Shown piece by piece: positions 27,354 through 41,586 of a DNA stretch of 64,000 bases. Both the position numbers and the translations under genes were made by a program. Numbering within the stretch: position 1 is the stretch's first letter; each line of letters opens with the position of its first letter. The stretch comes from Eledone cirrhosa (lineage: Eukaryota): assembly GCA_964016885.1 (NCBI GenBank), contig OZ024754.1, positions 2,108,001 to 2,172,000 of the forward strand, written 5' to 3'. The notes under the pieces were generated by a model, which saw only the letters and a list, made by a program, of their open reading frames with translations, had not been told where the DNA came from and searched no databases.

Positions 27354-27687
27354 ATGAAAGATGGGTGAGAGAGGCAAGAATGGCCCGAGTGAATGGGCCT
27401 ACTCTGAGTATGTGCCAGTAAATTGAAGGTGGAAAACTGTCAGAGAGCACTTGCCCTGGTGGTCAGGGTCACCGTGGCTTTTTTAATGGGCTTTCTCCAC
27501 GATGACCCTCGGAAGTCTCCCCCCTATTGGGGAATTTTTAATTGTTTTTTTTTTGTTATATCCTCTGTTTTTTGTGTGTTTTTTTACAGGCGGAAATACC
27601 CTTTGTACCGTCTAGTATTGTCCTGTATTTTCCTGTATTGTCCTTAATGTCTTACTTTGGGTAAACCCTTGTGGTTAATAAAGAAAG

Positions 27688-27720
<33 letters not shown>
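27354..27720 (+). mobile_element. LINE 3' end, probably L1/Tx1-like
   Basis: ORF end RWVREARMARVNGPTLSMCQ*, a 3' UTR, then AATAAA and an (ATT)n tail; clade assignment is from recollection only. Confidence 0.5.
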
Positions 27721-27750
<30 letters not shown>

Positions 27751-27828
27751 ATATGTGTGTGTGTATGTGACTATATACGTGCATGTGCATGTACCTGACA
27801 AACAAACAAAAAACATAGGTAGACATAG

Positions 27829-27881
<53 letters not shown>

Positions 27882-27904
27882 TATACATATACGTACATAC
27901 ATAC

Positions 27905-27951
<47 letters not shown>

Positions 27952-28853
27952 AAAAATGCATCTAGTGATTACAAAAGCAATAATTAGCAAAAAATTCCTA
28001 TTTATTCAATTTTTATTTCTTGTCAAATTTGTATATATATATATATATATGTTTTTTTTTATATATGGTTTCTACTTGTTTATATTTGTTTTCTATTCCA
28101 ACAATAAACGACTGTAAATATTCAATGCAATTATTGCAAATAAGCAAACTTAAAAATGCAATTAAATAATGCAAAGAGAGCGAGAAAAACAACAACGCAA
28201 ACAAGAACGACATTAAAAAATTATATAAAACTACATAAAGAAATATATATTACAAACAAACAAACGAAGAAAATGAACAAATCAAATATAAAACTAATAC
28301 AAAATTCGTTGAACAATAAATGAAACAAACATTGAATAATATCACCATAAAATCTTTAATAATAAAGATGAATGCGATGATAATTGTGATGAGAAACGTT
28401 AGGTTCTGATGATTTTCACGATTATATTCATCATAGAAATAAGAACAATAATAGAGTAGAGGAAGGCAGTAATAATAACAGTGATAAGAATCACGAGAGG
28501 GGTGATAGATGGCTGAGGAGTAGGTGGAGGATTGGAGTGAGTGTAATGATGATGATGATGAAATGATGAAAATAGAAGCAAGTATTAGAATGAGAATACA
28601 TATCTAAGATTAGGTATTCATAGACATTAGACATCCATAAGCAAATACATAAAAATGCAATCACATGTATGCATGGGCATAGTTATGTTTGTATATATAT
28701 TATATATACGTTTATATATATATATAGTAATATATTTTAGTAATATATATATATATATATATATATAGTAATATATTTTAGTAATATATTATATATTATA
28801 TATATATATATATATATGCATATATATATTTGTATATATATATATATATATAT

Positions 28854-28902
<49 letters not shown>

Positions 28903-28918
28903 CATATATATATATATA

Positions 28919-28955
<37 letters not shown>

Positions 28956-29136
28956 TTGTATATATATATATATACTGTACATATATTTATTAAAATAACA
29001 GATTAAAGTTTAAGCAAAGAATATTGCTCTATGGTTCTTATATATTTCATATATATTATCCTTATCGAGCCCTCTTTGGATTTTAGTCTTCAAATTTATT
29101 ATGCATATATATATATATGCATATATATATATATGC

Positions 29137-29179
<43 letters not shown>

Positions 29180-29194
29180 TATATATATATATGC

Positions 29195-29249
<55 letters not shown>

Positions 29250-29250
29250 T

Positions 29251-29289
<39 letters not shown>

Positions 29290-29937
29290 CGAGAGAGAAA
29301 AATATGTATTTGTATGTGTGCGTGTGTCTATTTATATAAACATATGTATATTATTTATACAGAAAAATATATATCTGTATGTCAGTGTGCGTCTCTATTT
29401 ATATATGTGTGTGCGTGTATATATACTTCTATATACATAGATACATAGATACATACATATTTACATACATACAGAGAGGTTTCTGCTTCTTTCATGTCTA
29501 TAGAAATGTCCGTAATCAGAGAATGAAAGAAGTCTAATAATTATTAGAGAAATTTAATTGAACATAATTCTATTATGTTTGTTTGCTTGTTGGATTTTTC
29601 TTGATACCATAACGAAACTAAGCCCTTCTCCCTGAGATATCTTGATTGAACATAGCTGAGGAATGTGCAGTTTGTGAAAACATGACAGCAGCTGCAATAT
29701 GATATATATGTATATGCAATTTGTGTATACTAGTTATTATGATGTTTGAGTATGTTTGTGGGAGGGCTTTTGTTTATATATTTGCGTGATTATTGTCTGG
29801 TGATGGCGATGGATTAAGGTTTATGTATTTATGTATTGTCTTCTCTTCTGTTCGTTGATGGCGAGGGTGATGGCTTGGCAAAGATTTGTTTGCGACTGTC
29901 GGGCACAGAATATCCATACATACATTCATATATATAT

Positions 29938-30255
<318 letters not shown>

Positions 30256-30258
30256 TTA

Positions 30259-30296
<38 letters not shown>

Positions 30297-30455
30297 GTAT
30301 TTACGTATCGAGAAAGAGAAAAAAAGGGGGGATAGGTGATACATATAGTTATTTGCCAAGTAGCGTATGCCAAAGGTGCTCGATACTAGTGCCGGCAGTA
30401 TTAAATATTCGAAGTGTTAATATTTAGTGGGCTAGAGAGTTAGCAGAGCGTAAGC

Positions 30456-30657
30456 ACGTGGGAAAGTAAGAAATCGGAGAATAGACCGTTAAAACATGTT
30501 TATTTAAAATATCACCTACGTACGTTTCGCCCAGTTGGGCTTCTCAAGGGCATAAATATTTATGCCCTTGAGAAGCCCAACTGGGCGAAACGTACGTAGG
30601 TGATATTTTAAATAAACATGTTTTAACGGTCTATTCTCCCATTTTTTACTTTCCCAC

Positions 30658-30659
<2 letters not shown>
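30456..30659. repeat. 204-bp spacer-less palindrome (Penelope-like fold-back)
   Basis: Centre CATAAAT|ATTTATG at 30557/30558; a few mismatches only near the arm ends; right arm abuts (TA)n; longer arm runs left to about 30298. Confidence 0.92.
30566..30600 (+). ncRNA. Minimal hammerhead, U3-A8 variant (mirrored at 30515-30549 on minus)
   Basis: CC TTGAGAA GCCC-aact-GGGC GAAAC-GTAC-GTA GG; palindromic stem III ACGTACGT; stem I short. Confidence 0.7.
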
Positions 30660-30707
<48 letters not shown>

Positions 30708-30810
30708 TCGAGAGTAGATGTCTACACACGGTTTTAAGTATGCTCAGGGAACGCCGTATGTCCCTACAGCGCTTATAACTCTGCGCCAGAAATTACAGGA
30801 ATTTCATTCA

Positions 30811-30839
<29 letters not shown>

Positions 30840-30847
<8 letters not shown>

Positions 30848-31466
30848 ATATTTGGGGAGGGTCATATTTGCGTAATATTGCCAGAATTAATAACAGAACA
30901 CACTCACTGTTTGGTTGGTTTTCGCTTCTCGCTGTCTTTTATATATATATATCTGCGATCTAACTTACTCGGTCCTCAATGTTGCCATTGACTGACCGGC
31001 GGTCAAAAATAATACAGATACAATATAGACAAACACATATATATATAGTTTACATAATTTACATAAATCTTTCGTTGCACATCTGCAACATCGTCAGTGG
31101 TGTTATATTCATTGTTCCTCCTGTTGTGTTGTATGTCTACGCCAAAAAAAAAAAAAAAAAATGGCGTAGACATACAACACAACAGGAGGAACAATGAATA
31201 TAACACCACTGACGATGTTGCAGATGTGCAACGAAAGATTTATGTAAATTATGTAAACTATATATATATGTGTTTGTCTATATTGTATCTGTATTATTTT
31301 TGACCACCGGTCAGTCAATGGCAACATTGAGGACCGAGTAAGTTAGATCGCAGATATATATATATAAAAGACAGCGAGAAGCGAAAACCAACCAAACAGT
31401 GAGTGTGTTCTGTTATTAATTCTGGCAATATTACGCAAATATGACCCTCCCCAAATATAACAATAT
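30840..31466. repeat. 627-bp inverted repeat with an oligo(A) spacer
   Basis: Arms of about 305 bp; mirrored ORFs in the track (31003-31209 minus / 31097-31303 plus; 30979-31197 plus / 31109-31327 minus) show one substitution outside the spacer; spacer A17 at 31145-31161; CTGACGA-T-GTTGCA-gatg-TGCAAC-GAAA at 31209-31236. Confidence 0.93.
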
Positions 31467-31549
31467 CTGTTTCGACACACGATTTCATATAAAAAACCTC
31501 GCAAAACTAACTCATCGCCGCTATATATATATATATATATGCATGTATA

Positions 31550-31839
31550 TTAGGGTGGACCTTATTTTTCAACTTTCGAAAAGTTTAGCTCCCTTGTTTC
31601 AATTAATAGAAAAATCTATGCAAAAATTTAGCTGAATCGGACAATTGCAAGTCGACCCTCATCGACCGTGAAAGTTTGAAGTTTTCGTCATTTTTTCACA
31701 TAAACATTTTCTCTTAAATTAAAAACTTGTTCAGACTAATTCTTGTAGCGCCATTTATAGGGCAAACACCATTTTTTCGCTGTGGGAGCAGCAAAATTTA
31801 AACTTTCGGAAAATTACCTATTGCTAAGGGCCACCCTAA
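31550..31839. mobile_element. MITE / non-autonomous DNA transposon
   Basis: Terminal inverted repeats TTAGGGTGGACCTTA / TAAGGGCCACCCTAA with TA on each side; a second right-end fragment lies at about 32262-32298; superfamily not assigned. Confidence 0.75.
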
Positions 31840-31895
31840 TATACATATATCCGTATGTGGTTGACAGCTGAGAGAAATGAGTACTCGGTATTGAG

Positions 31896-31995
<100 letters not shown>

Positions 31996-32682
31996 AGAGA
32001 AAAGCAGAGCAAGGTGAGGAAGAAAAAAAGGAGACCAACGAGAAAAAGAGTGCAAGAAGGGCAAGGACGGGTTAAAGCAAATATTGCTCAAGATATGCTG
32101 GAATCAGACAAAGGTGAAGAAGAGGAAGAAGAAAAAAATCAACTGAAGAATTACATTCTGCACGAAAATGACTTTTCCTCTTTTACAAACATCGTGTTTT
32201 CGTTATTTGCGACTTCCGTTACAAAAACTTTCTTCGCGAGATTTTAAAAGCAAACGTTTATCTTTCGGAAAATTACCTATTGCTAAAGGCCACTGTAATG
32301 TGTGTATATATATATATATATATCCAACATAGACATCACAACTATGTTGACGATGCTGAAGATGATGATAGTAATGGTAGTGTTGGTGATGTTTATTTTG
32401 TCCATGATGTTGGTGAAATATATAATATAGAGAAATGGGATAATACCAGGCATTATCATCATATTTGAATGATGGAAAGACGGCATGGACTGTCGAATAA
32501 AATAATTAGAGGCGATATGATCCGATGCTAATATTAACTATGTTTGTGTATTAATGTGTAGCTATGCTTGCATATAAATACGTATTACGTTGATAAGCAT
32601 TTATGCATGTATGTAAAAGTATGTTTCTGCATATACACACATAGACACGCGCTTATCTCCAGATATATCTATCTATAAGTAA

Positions 32683-32723
<41 letters not shown>

Positions 32724-32725
32724 TA

Positions 32726-32760
<35 letters not shown>

Positions 32761-32792
32761 AGTAAATATATATATATATATATATATATAAG

Positions 32793-32890
<98 letters not shown>

Positions 32891-33068
32891 ATATAAACAC
32901 AGATATACGGTATTTAGCGTCTGCTGCCGTATACGTGCGATAATACTAAACATGATAGGTGTTGATTAAACACATGAGGCACGAAATTAGTTTCCAATTT
33001 AATTCCCATTCACTCATGGAATATGTTTCCTTCCATTTCTCTAGAACCGTGTATTTTCATTGTATATA

Positions 33069-33150
<82 letters not shown>

Positions 33151-33204
33151 TATGTGCGTGTGTGTGTGTGTGTGCGGGCGTATGTATATATATATATGTG
33201 TGCG

Positions 33205-33245
<41 letters not shown>

Positions 33246-33255
33246 GCATATATAA

Positions 33256-33293
<38 letters not shown>

Positions 33294-33324
33294 GTATATA
33301 TATATGTATATATATATTTATATG

Positions 33325-33449
<125 letters not shown>

Positions 33450-33476
33450 GCATATATATATATATATGCATATATA

Positions 33477-33553
<77 letters not shown>

Positions 33554-33781
33554 CTCTATATATATGCATGTTGTGTATGATTGTGCTCTGATGATAAATG
33601 AAGACTTAAACATGTGTGTGGTAGAGCGTTTGTATATATATATATATATATATATGGCACCACGTCTATATATATCATATGTTAAAACTTATTAGTGATC
33701 ATGTATATATGTATGTGCAGGTTCAATTGTCCGTATAAAAGTTAATTTTATTTCTGCATGTATAATATTGAATCTGATTTC

Positions 33782-33896
<115 letters not shown>

Positions 33897-34351
33897 ATAG
33901 TTCTTCTTCTAAAATCATATATATAAGTGTCAATCTGTGTGGTTATACGCGTGTGTGTTTGTATGTGGATATATGTGTTGGCTAGTGAGTGTGAGTGTGC
34001 TTTTAAGAGAGTATGTATGTGCGCTTGTGTATACGCATGCGCGCGTATGTATGAGAGCTTGTGTATCTACGTTGATTGTTTAAATAATTTATACATCTTG
34101 CTTATCTAATCAAATGAAATCTAAATATTCGTTTCTATGTACGATTGTAATGTATAGGCAAGTATTGATCTGTTACATATACCGAGACCCAGAAACAGTC
34201 AGGCACACGGTTACATATACATCTAATTCCACACACATACACATTCTTACACAGGTACACAATGGTATATATTTGTATGACTCTACACATTTTATAAATA
34301 CACATGGATTGATGAATGAATAAACATATATATATATATATATATATCTAT

Positions 34352-34745
<394 letters not shown>

Positions 34746-35009
34746 ACGGTGCTGCCTGGCTGTCCATATTCTGCGTGTGCCAAATGAACGGCATTCGAAA
34801 ACAGCGATGAACTGGACTCCACCTGGCGGTAAACGGAGGCGGGGTTGCCCAAGGATCACCTGGCGACGAACTCTCCCGAAGGACCCGATGGCAGCCAACA
34901 TCACCTGGCACGGCCTCCCAAAAGTTGCCGCTGATCTTGACCGTTGGCGAGTATTTACTGCTCGATGCGCCGAACGGCGCGGAAGAATCTAAGACTAAGA
35001 CTAAGACTA

Positions 35010-35011
<2 letters not shown>
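34746..35011 (+). mobile_element. 5'-truncated RTE/RTE-X LINE 3' end
   Basis: [48 protein letters not shown] followed by a (CTAAGA)n tail. Confidence 0.9.
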
Positions 35012-35061
<50 letters not shown>

Positions 35062-35902
35062 ATCTACACTCTACTCTGATGAATATCGAGTGCTAATTTT
35101 GGAATACCGCCTATGGGGGTGGGGGTAGCTATGTATGTACCTGTGTGTGTATGAAATTACACTTATTAGTGTACGTTTGTATACTTCTATATATATGTAT
35201 GTGATTTTCTATTTCCATGTGTGGTTACGAAATTACGAACTTTCTGATATGTATACGATGTATGCCTGTATATATATATAAATGTGTGTCTGTGTCTGTG
35301 TGTTTGTGTGTATCTGTGTGCCTCTGTGTGTTTGTGTGTTTGTGTGTTTGTGTGTTTGTGTGTTTGTGTGTGTGTGCCTTTCTTTGTTTGTGTGTTTGTG
35401 TGTGTCTGTGTGACTTTCTTTGTGTGTGTCTGTGTGACTTTCTTTGTGTGTGTATATTGATTTAAAATGAACACTGAAAAACTTGCCTGATATTGTCTGC
35501 ATTTGCTCGAGTCCAATTTTACAGAGAAAATAAACAACATAAAAACAATACTAATTATATATATTTTCAATAAATCTATATTTATACGTTGTAGGAATAA
35601 ATAAAATCAGGAATAATCTCCGTTATTGTTGTTTGTCGTTCTTTTTGTAATATTATTGTAATTTTCTTCTGTCAAATTTAATTCGTTTAACGTTTTCTAT
35701 TGGAAGCTGATAGCTTCTTTCATTTAGGAATATGCTAATAGCAATATTACCTGAACGTACATCAGATGCATCTGTTTTATATATGGAAGGCCATCAGGGT
35801 GCTTATTTCGAAAATTAATCACTATTTTCTACTTGCAAGAACATGAGCATCATTATCAATGACATTGCCATAAGCGTCATCAATATTACTATCATCATCA
35901 TA

Positions 35903-35951
<49 letters not shown>

Positions 35952-36074
35952 CCATCATAGTCATCGTCGTTAATATAATCGACATCAATCACTATAATGA
36001 TTTCTATCGTTAGATTTCTTAATTCAATAATTATAAAACCAAGAAAATCAATAACAGTAATAATAATAATAATG

Positions 36075-36183
36075 ATTTCTTATTTACGCACAAAGCTAGC
36101 AATTTGAGAGGAGGGGGAAAGTCGATTAAATAGACCCCAGTGCATAACTGGTACTTCCTATTATCGACCCCGTAAGGATAAAA
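36075..36183 (-). mobile_element. SINE family A, 3' part
   Basis: GACCCCAGTGCATAACTGGTACTT..ATCGACCCCGTAAGGAT. Confidence 0.75.
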
Positions 36184-36674
36184 AACAAACGCACACACAT
36201 ACATTTACACAAACACACACATGCATTCACACATGTGGCGTCAGCGCCGCTTTCCTATAGTTTCGCCCCCCCCCCCCCCCCCCTTCCTTTTACACACATA
36301 TACATTCACATAAACACACACACTAACACACACAGAGACACACATGGAGTGACGGACGGACGGAAGATGCTCAAATATAGATTCTAACAAATCTTTAATG
36401 GAAGAGTTTCGAAGCTGCATGATAGTATGAGATTATAAAATAATTGACATTGACTAAAGAACAAAAGAATATGACATTATATCACCCTAAAGCCTAACAA
36501 TGGGAATTTGTAGCAGATGTCTGATGCAGGTGGATATAGATTATAATACATTGCTTACTGGATGCGAAAAATCTACCCGGAGAAAAAATATGTACGATTA
36601 CAGATAACATTGATATATGAAAAAAGAAGCTGAAATGATATTGGCAAAAACAGTTATACTCATATATAACATAA

Positions 36675-36868
36675 TATTGTTTTCTAATTTAGGCAACAGG
36701 CCAGCAATTTTGAGCAAGGGAACTTAGTTACTGTTAGTTTATTTTATTTATCACTCAGACAGATGAAATGTAAAGTGTTGTACTCGGCTTCATTTGAACT
36801 CAGAACATAAGAAGCCAGAACTAATACTCCTTAGCTTTTGTCCAAATCTCTGACGACTCTACCAATCC
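36675..36868 (-). mobile_element. Older diverged SINE related to family A
   Basis: TTTAGGCAACAGGCCAGCAATT..ATTTGAACTCAGAAC..GACGACTCTACCAATCC. Confidence 0.65.
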
Positions 36869-37145
36869 ATAACCCTAATATATTCTCCTAGACTCTACCA
36901 ATCCATAATCCTAATATATTCTCCTAGACTCTGCCAATCCATAACCCTAATATATTCTCCTAGACTCTGCCAATCCATAACCCTAATATATTCTCCTAAA
37001 CTCTGCCAATCCATGACCCTAATATATTCTCCTAGACTCTGCCAATCCATAACCCTAATATATTCTCCTAGACTCTGCCAATCCATAACCCTAATATATT
37101 CTCCTAGACTCTGCCAATCCATGACCCTAATATATTCTCCTAGAC
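36855..37145. repeat. 36-bp minisatellite, 8 copies
   Basis: Unit GACTCTGCCAATCCATAACCCTAATATATTCTCCTA. Confidence 0.95.
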
Positions 37146-37175
37146 GTCACATCATTGAACTACATTATTTTAAGC

Positions 37176-37337
37176 AGTGGATTTGTAGTATCGTTAGAGG
37201 GTTGAACACCATGCTTTCCAGCATAGTTACGTCCCTTTACAATCTGAGTTCAAATCCTTACGGGGTCGATAAAATAGAGTACCAGTAATACACTAGGGTA
37301 ATTGCTGGCCTTGTGCCAAAAGTAGAAACAATTATTT
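37176..37337 (+). mobile_element. SINE family A with an internal deletion
   Basis: Head and tail match the consensus; AATCC joined directly to TTACGGGGTCG. Confidence 0.85.
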
Positions 37338-38556
37338 TAAGCAGAATCAAAGAAACAATAAAAAACACCAAAAGTACAAACTATGTATGAATACAGAAGA
37401 TAAAATTAGATAATTCAGACATGTACGATGGTCGACTGAAAAGCTGATAGTTTGATTAGCAAGGACTGATATTAGAGCTGTGAACTCTGAGATGGATTAA
37501 TTTCAACTCTTTTTATTAATAACTACATTGTTTCTTTCCAGAGAGGATGTTGAGAAATAAACCTCATTTGGTTATTCCATGAGAGTATTTTGGTCGGCCT
37601 ATTGAACTTTTAGCCAGCCCTCGTACATACGATAGCAGAGGATTGTGGCTTAGAAGTTAGACTGGTCGGTTCATGGTCTTACGAGCATGAATTCAATTGG
37701 TGGCATCAGGTTGAAACCTTAAACAAGTTACTTACTATATTATAGGCTGCTCCAGTTTTCACATTTGTCAAATTTCAGTTGTTCCTTTAATCCTAATGGT
37801 CAATCTTGTTATAGAATTTGTCCCATTATATCTAATCTGAGAGTTATGTTAAAAGCACACGTCTCTGTGGAATGCTCAGCCACTAACACCGTTATTCCAC
37901 GACCATGATAGAATAAAAACGTGTAGGCATTTAGAAGCATCATGTTTCACAAATATGAACACGTAATTACGTTTGCAACAGCCATACAGAGAAGGTCACG
38001 GGCAAAACAAAAACACAGGGAGCTTCTATATAATTGCACAACAGAGAAAACATAGCAGGATATGTCTCATACACAACTTCCAGGTGTTAACAAAACGATG
38101 AACGTTTTAGATAATGTAGTGCTAGATATATAAAATGACGTGTTGGTTACAAGTGGATTAGCTATGATTAATAGTTCTGGTCAGTTATGTCTGGTTTGGA
38201 GCAAACATAACAAAACCAGTACAATAGAAATTATTAACAAACTCAGAACACACACGTAGATTTGCATCATCCCAAATGATAAATACAATAGCAACACCAT
38301 AACACAGGAACATAGATACTACATCTTAACAATGAAAAGCACAAGCAATTTGTTATAATTTACAAACACGCCAGGAAAAAACACGCGAGATCTGACGCTA
38401 CACACGAAACACATAAATACTCTCAGAACATGAGACATATTTAACCACACAATTACACCAGAAATTTCAAAATAAATTTCTTAGGAACAAAGCAATACGT
38501 AAGCACAATAGTATCACATACATACGCATACAGACAGACACACAGACACACACACA

Positions 38557-38602
<46 letters not shown>

Positions 38603-38742
38603 TACACACACAGACATACACATTAGATACACCTCATGATCTACATCATCACGACAGGTAAACACAAAGTAGAGGTCAGAGATCTAGTGCCCTAGCGTAG
38701 ACAAGGGAAATTATAAAATGATGTATCGATTGGAAAGGTGAG

Positions 38743-38800
<58 letters not shown>

Positions 38801-39068
38801 CCTATCAAATTATGACAATAAGAGAGGTATAACTCGGATGAATACACGCCTAATTAAATTTCACGAAGGCCGGTACTTATAATATAAGTACTTGAGATAT
38901 ACAATTAAGGAAAACGAAATAATAATCAAAATTGATTGACAGAAGAAAATAAACAAAATAGTTTCTTGGACCTCAATAAAACATCACCAAGGAGAGTTTA
39001 TTTCATGTTTCTGGCTTGTTAACATAAGCAACAATTATAGATGTGTGTATGTGTGTGTGTGTGTGTAT

Positions 39069-39211
39069 GACAGCTGACACCTATGCAGGTTTAGCTGGCC
39101 TCCTCCAAGTTATATCTCGTTGGAGGTGTCTTTGGTAATTTAATGATAGGGACCCCAGTCCTATCATCTCATTTCTACAGCTGAGTAAACTGGAGCAACG
39201 TGAAATAAAAT
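39069..39211 (-). mobile_element. SINE family B, 3' half
   Basis: Near-identical to 923-1062. Confidence 0.85.
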
Positions 39212-39754
39212 ATTTACTGATGTTCACAACTATTTCTATAATAGAAACAAATATACTTAAGGTTAAGTATTGTCGACACGTTCATCGGTTCGAGACTGAG
39301 AAGAGAAGACGAAAATCTAATAATTTCTTCTACACTGTAATGCTATTTTCATAGACAATTAAGCACATCTGAAAACAAATACACGTAAACCTATGTAAAC
39401 AGTGGGAGAATTATCAGCAGCATTATGATATGAGTATTAGCAGACGTCCCAAATAATATATAAATCAGATATATGGGCAAAATACGATTCTCATTGGCAT
39501 GGATCCTAGTTTGAGCTTATTGCCCGTTAATTTGAACATATTTTATGCTATATATATATATATATATATAAACCAACAGTCGATCGATTTTCTTCAAATC
39601 GGACTGAGGAAGCAATGTTTCCGTTGGTCTTTCCAATTGCTAATACTATCTATCGGTCGCAACTCCAGGTAGAAGGAGCAACGGGAAATAAAATGTCTTG
39701 CTCAACGGCATAACGCATCGCCCGGTCCAGGAATCGAACTCACAACCTCAGGAT

Positions 39755-39848
<94 letters not shown>

Positions 39849-40489
39849 AATATCGTGTCAGCAACAGAAATGCAAACTTGCATAAAACGAACAAACATCT
39901 GTGCATCTTTGCCTCATCATCGACATTTGTCGCATTAAAGTTGTTTTACACTTGTAATACCAGTTTGCAAAACAGATTGGAGAATGGTTCTGTCAGTGGG
40001 GTGAGGTGTGAGACGCTAACAAAACAAAGAATGGACATGAAAATTTACGGATGTCTTTCAGCAAAACAAGAGATAAATACGTTAAAAAAAAAAAAGAAAT
40101 TACGACTACAAAGATATAGACAATGCACATTGCATGTAAAATATACAACATGGTAAAGCTAGGATAATGAAAGAATTACTTCAACTGAATTCCTCAGAAG
40201 AATGTATGTGGATGCGTTGCGGAGCTGAAGAAAAGAGATGTGCTATCTCCCAAGATTGGGGGACAAAAAGGTAGGCTAAAGGTAAAGGTTAGAGAGGAAC
40301 GAGACTCGAGATCAATAGTGAAATACACAAGGATATAGAGGAAAAGAAGAAAAGTGTAACAGAAAAGGAGAGATAGGGAATAGCGAGAGAAGAAAGACGA
40401 AATAGAGAAGAGATGGGGGACTGGGGAATATAAACATAACAGTTATCGAGAAATGGCTCGTATCCACATTATATATATAAATAAAGTAT

Positions 40490-40870
40490 CGGCAGAAAGT
40501 TCATACAATAGAATCTTTGAACATTGTCACAATACTACTCTTCCGTGATAGGTTTTCCAAAATAAGGAAGTACATCAAAGGACAGTCGAAATAAAATGTT
40601 TGCGGAGCACCGAGACACAGTAAACCTCCAAATTACAGAAGCGCATTTCATTAAGAAGCGAACACTTTCTATAAACAACCGGAGTGATTTTGTTTTCGTG
40701 CAACGACTTAGTTACTTGGGTAAATACGTGAATACTCATACATCAATCGGTAACAGTTTTGCCAACTCATGAAATGAAAGTAATACACTGGTCTGACGAA
40801 AGGTTTTAAATATGAATTACTAAAAAGTAACAATTACAAACACAGAGATGGGGCTTTCAGTCCAGTGTTT
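40490..40870 (+). pseudogene. Decayed Penelope-like GIY-YIG C-terminus and downstream degenerate hammerhead
   Basis: NRIFEHC, then VNLQITEAHFIKKRTLSINNRSDF (40620-40691) matching L.I.EA..I....P.IN.R.E; then CACTGG-T-CTGACGA (40793-40799)..CCAGTG. Confidence 0.55.
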
Positions 40871-40972
40871 TTACCATCTTCAACTTACCTAACATTTCTA
40901 TTTTATATTTAGTTTATTTTATATTTCTTACATTCTTATTCAATTCACTTCTTTGTGATACATATACATATA

Positions 40973-41249
40973 TATATTGAAAAGATAACAAGGACGATTG
41001 GTTACTCCTTCATTACATTTATTGGTTGGTGACGCGCGTTTCGCCACTGATCAGCTCAAGGTTCTATCTGTATCGATCTTACCCGACTCTGTAATCTGCA
41101 GCTCGACGGACCCCTTAAAATGCTAGTAGTAAAAGTCTGGTAAGATCGATACTGATCGAACCTTGAGCTGATCAGTGGCGAAACGCGCGTCACCAACCAA
41201 TAAATGAAATGAAGGTGTAACCAATCGTCCTTGTTATCTTTTCAATATA
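40973..41249. repeat. Inverted repeat, 116-bp arms and 45-bp spacer, carrying the 3' half of a hammerhead
   Basis: Arms 40973-41088 / 41134-41249 with several mismatches; GAAAC-GCGC-GTC at 41180-41191; sense arm continues to (TA)n at about 41346. Confidence 0.88.
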
Positions 41250-41505
41250 ATACACTCTGTCTAGCTCTACACCTCGACACAGAAGTGAACCTAAACATCG
41301 AGTGCTCACCCGGGTGGACCTACAGTAACTCCAAGTTACACTCCCTATATATATATATATTATAAGTACAGTTTAAAATTTATTCAAAGAATCGGTGTCT
41401 TCACCCATTCATCCTTTTACGGGATCTTCTGAAACTAAGAAAAGTCAATCTACAGATTTTAGCCTTCACTTTATTATACTATACATACACACACACACCA
41501 CACAC

Positions 41506-41586
<81 letters not shown>

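Noticed and set aside
36855-37145. CRISPR-like 36-bp repeats
   Set aside because: Head-to-tail units with no unique spacers, no cas genes, eukaryotic context. The same applies to the 40-bp and 33-bp arrays.
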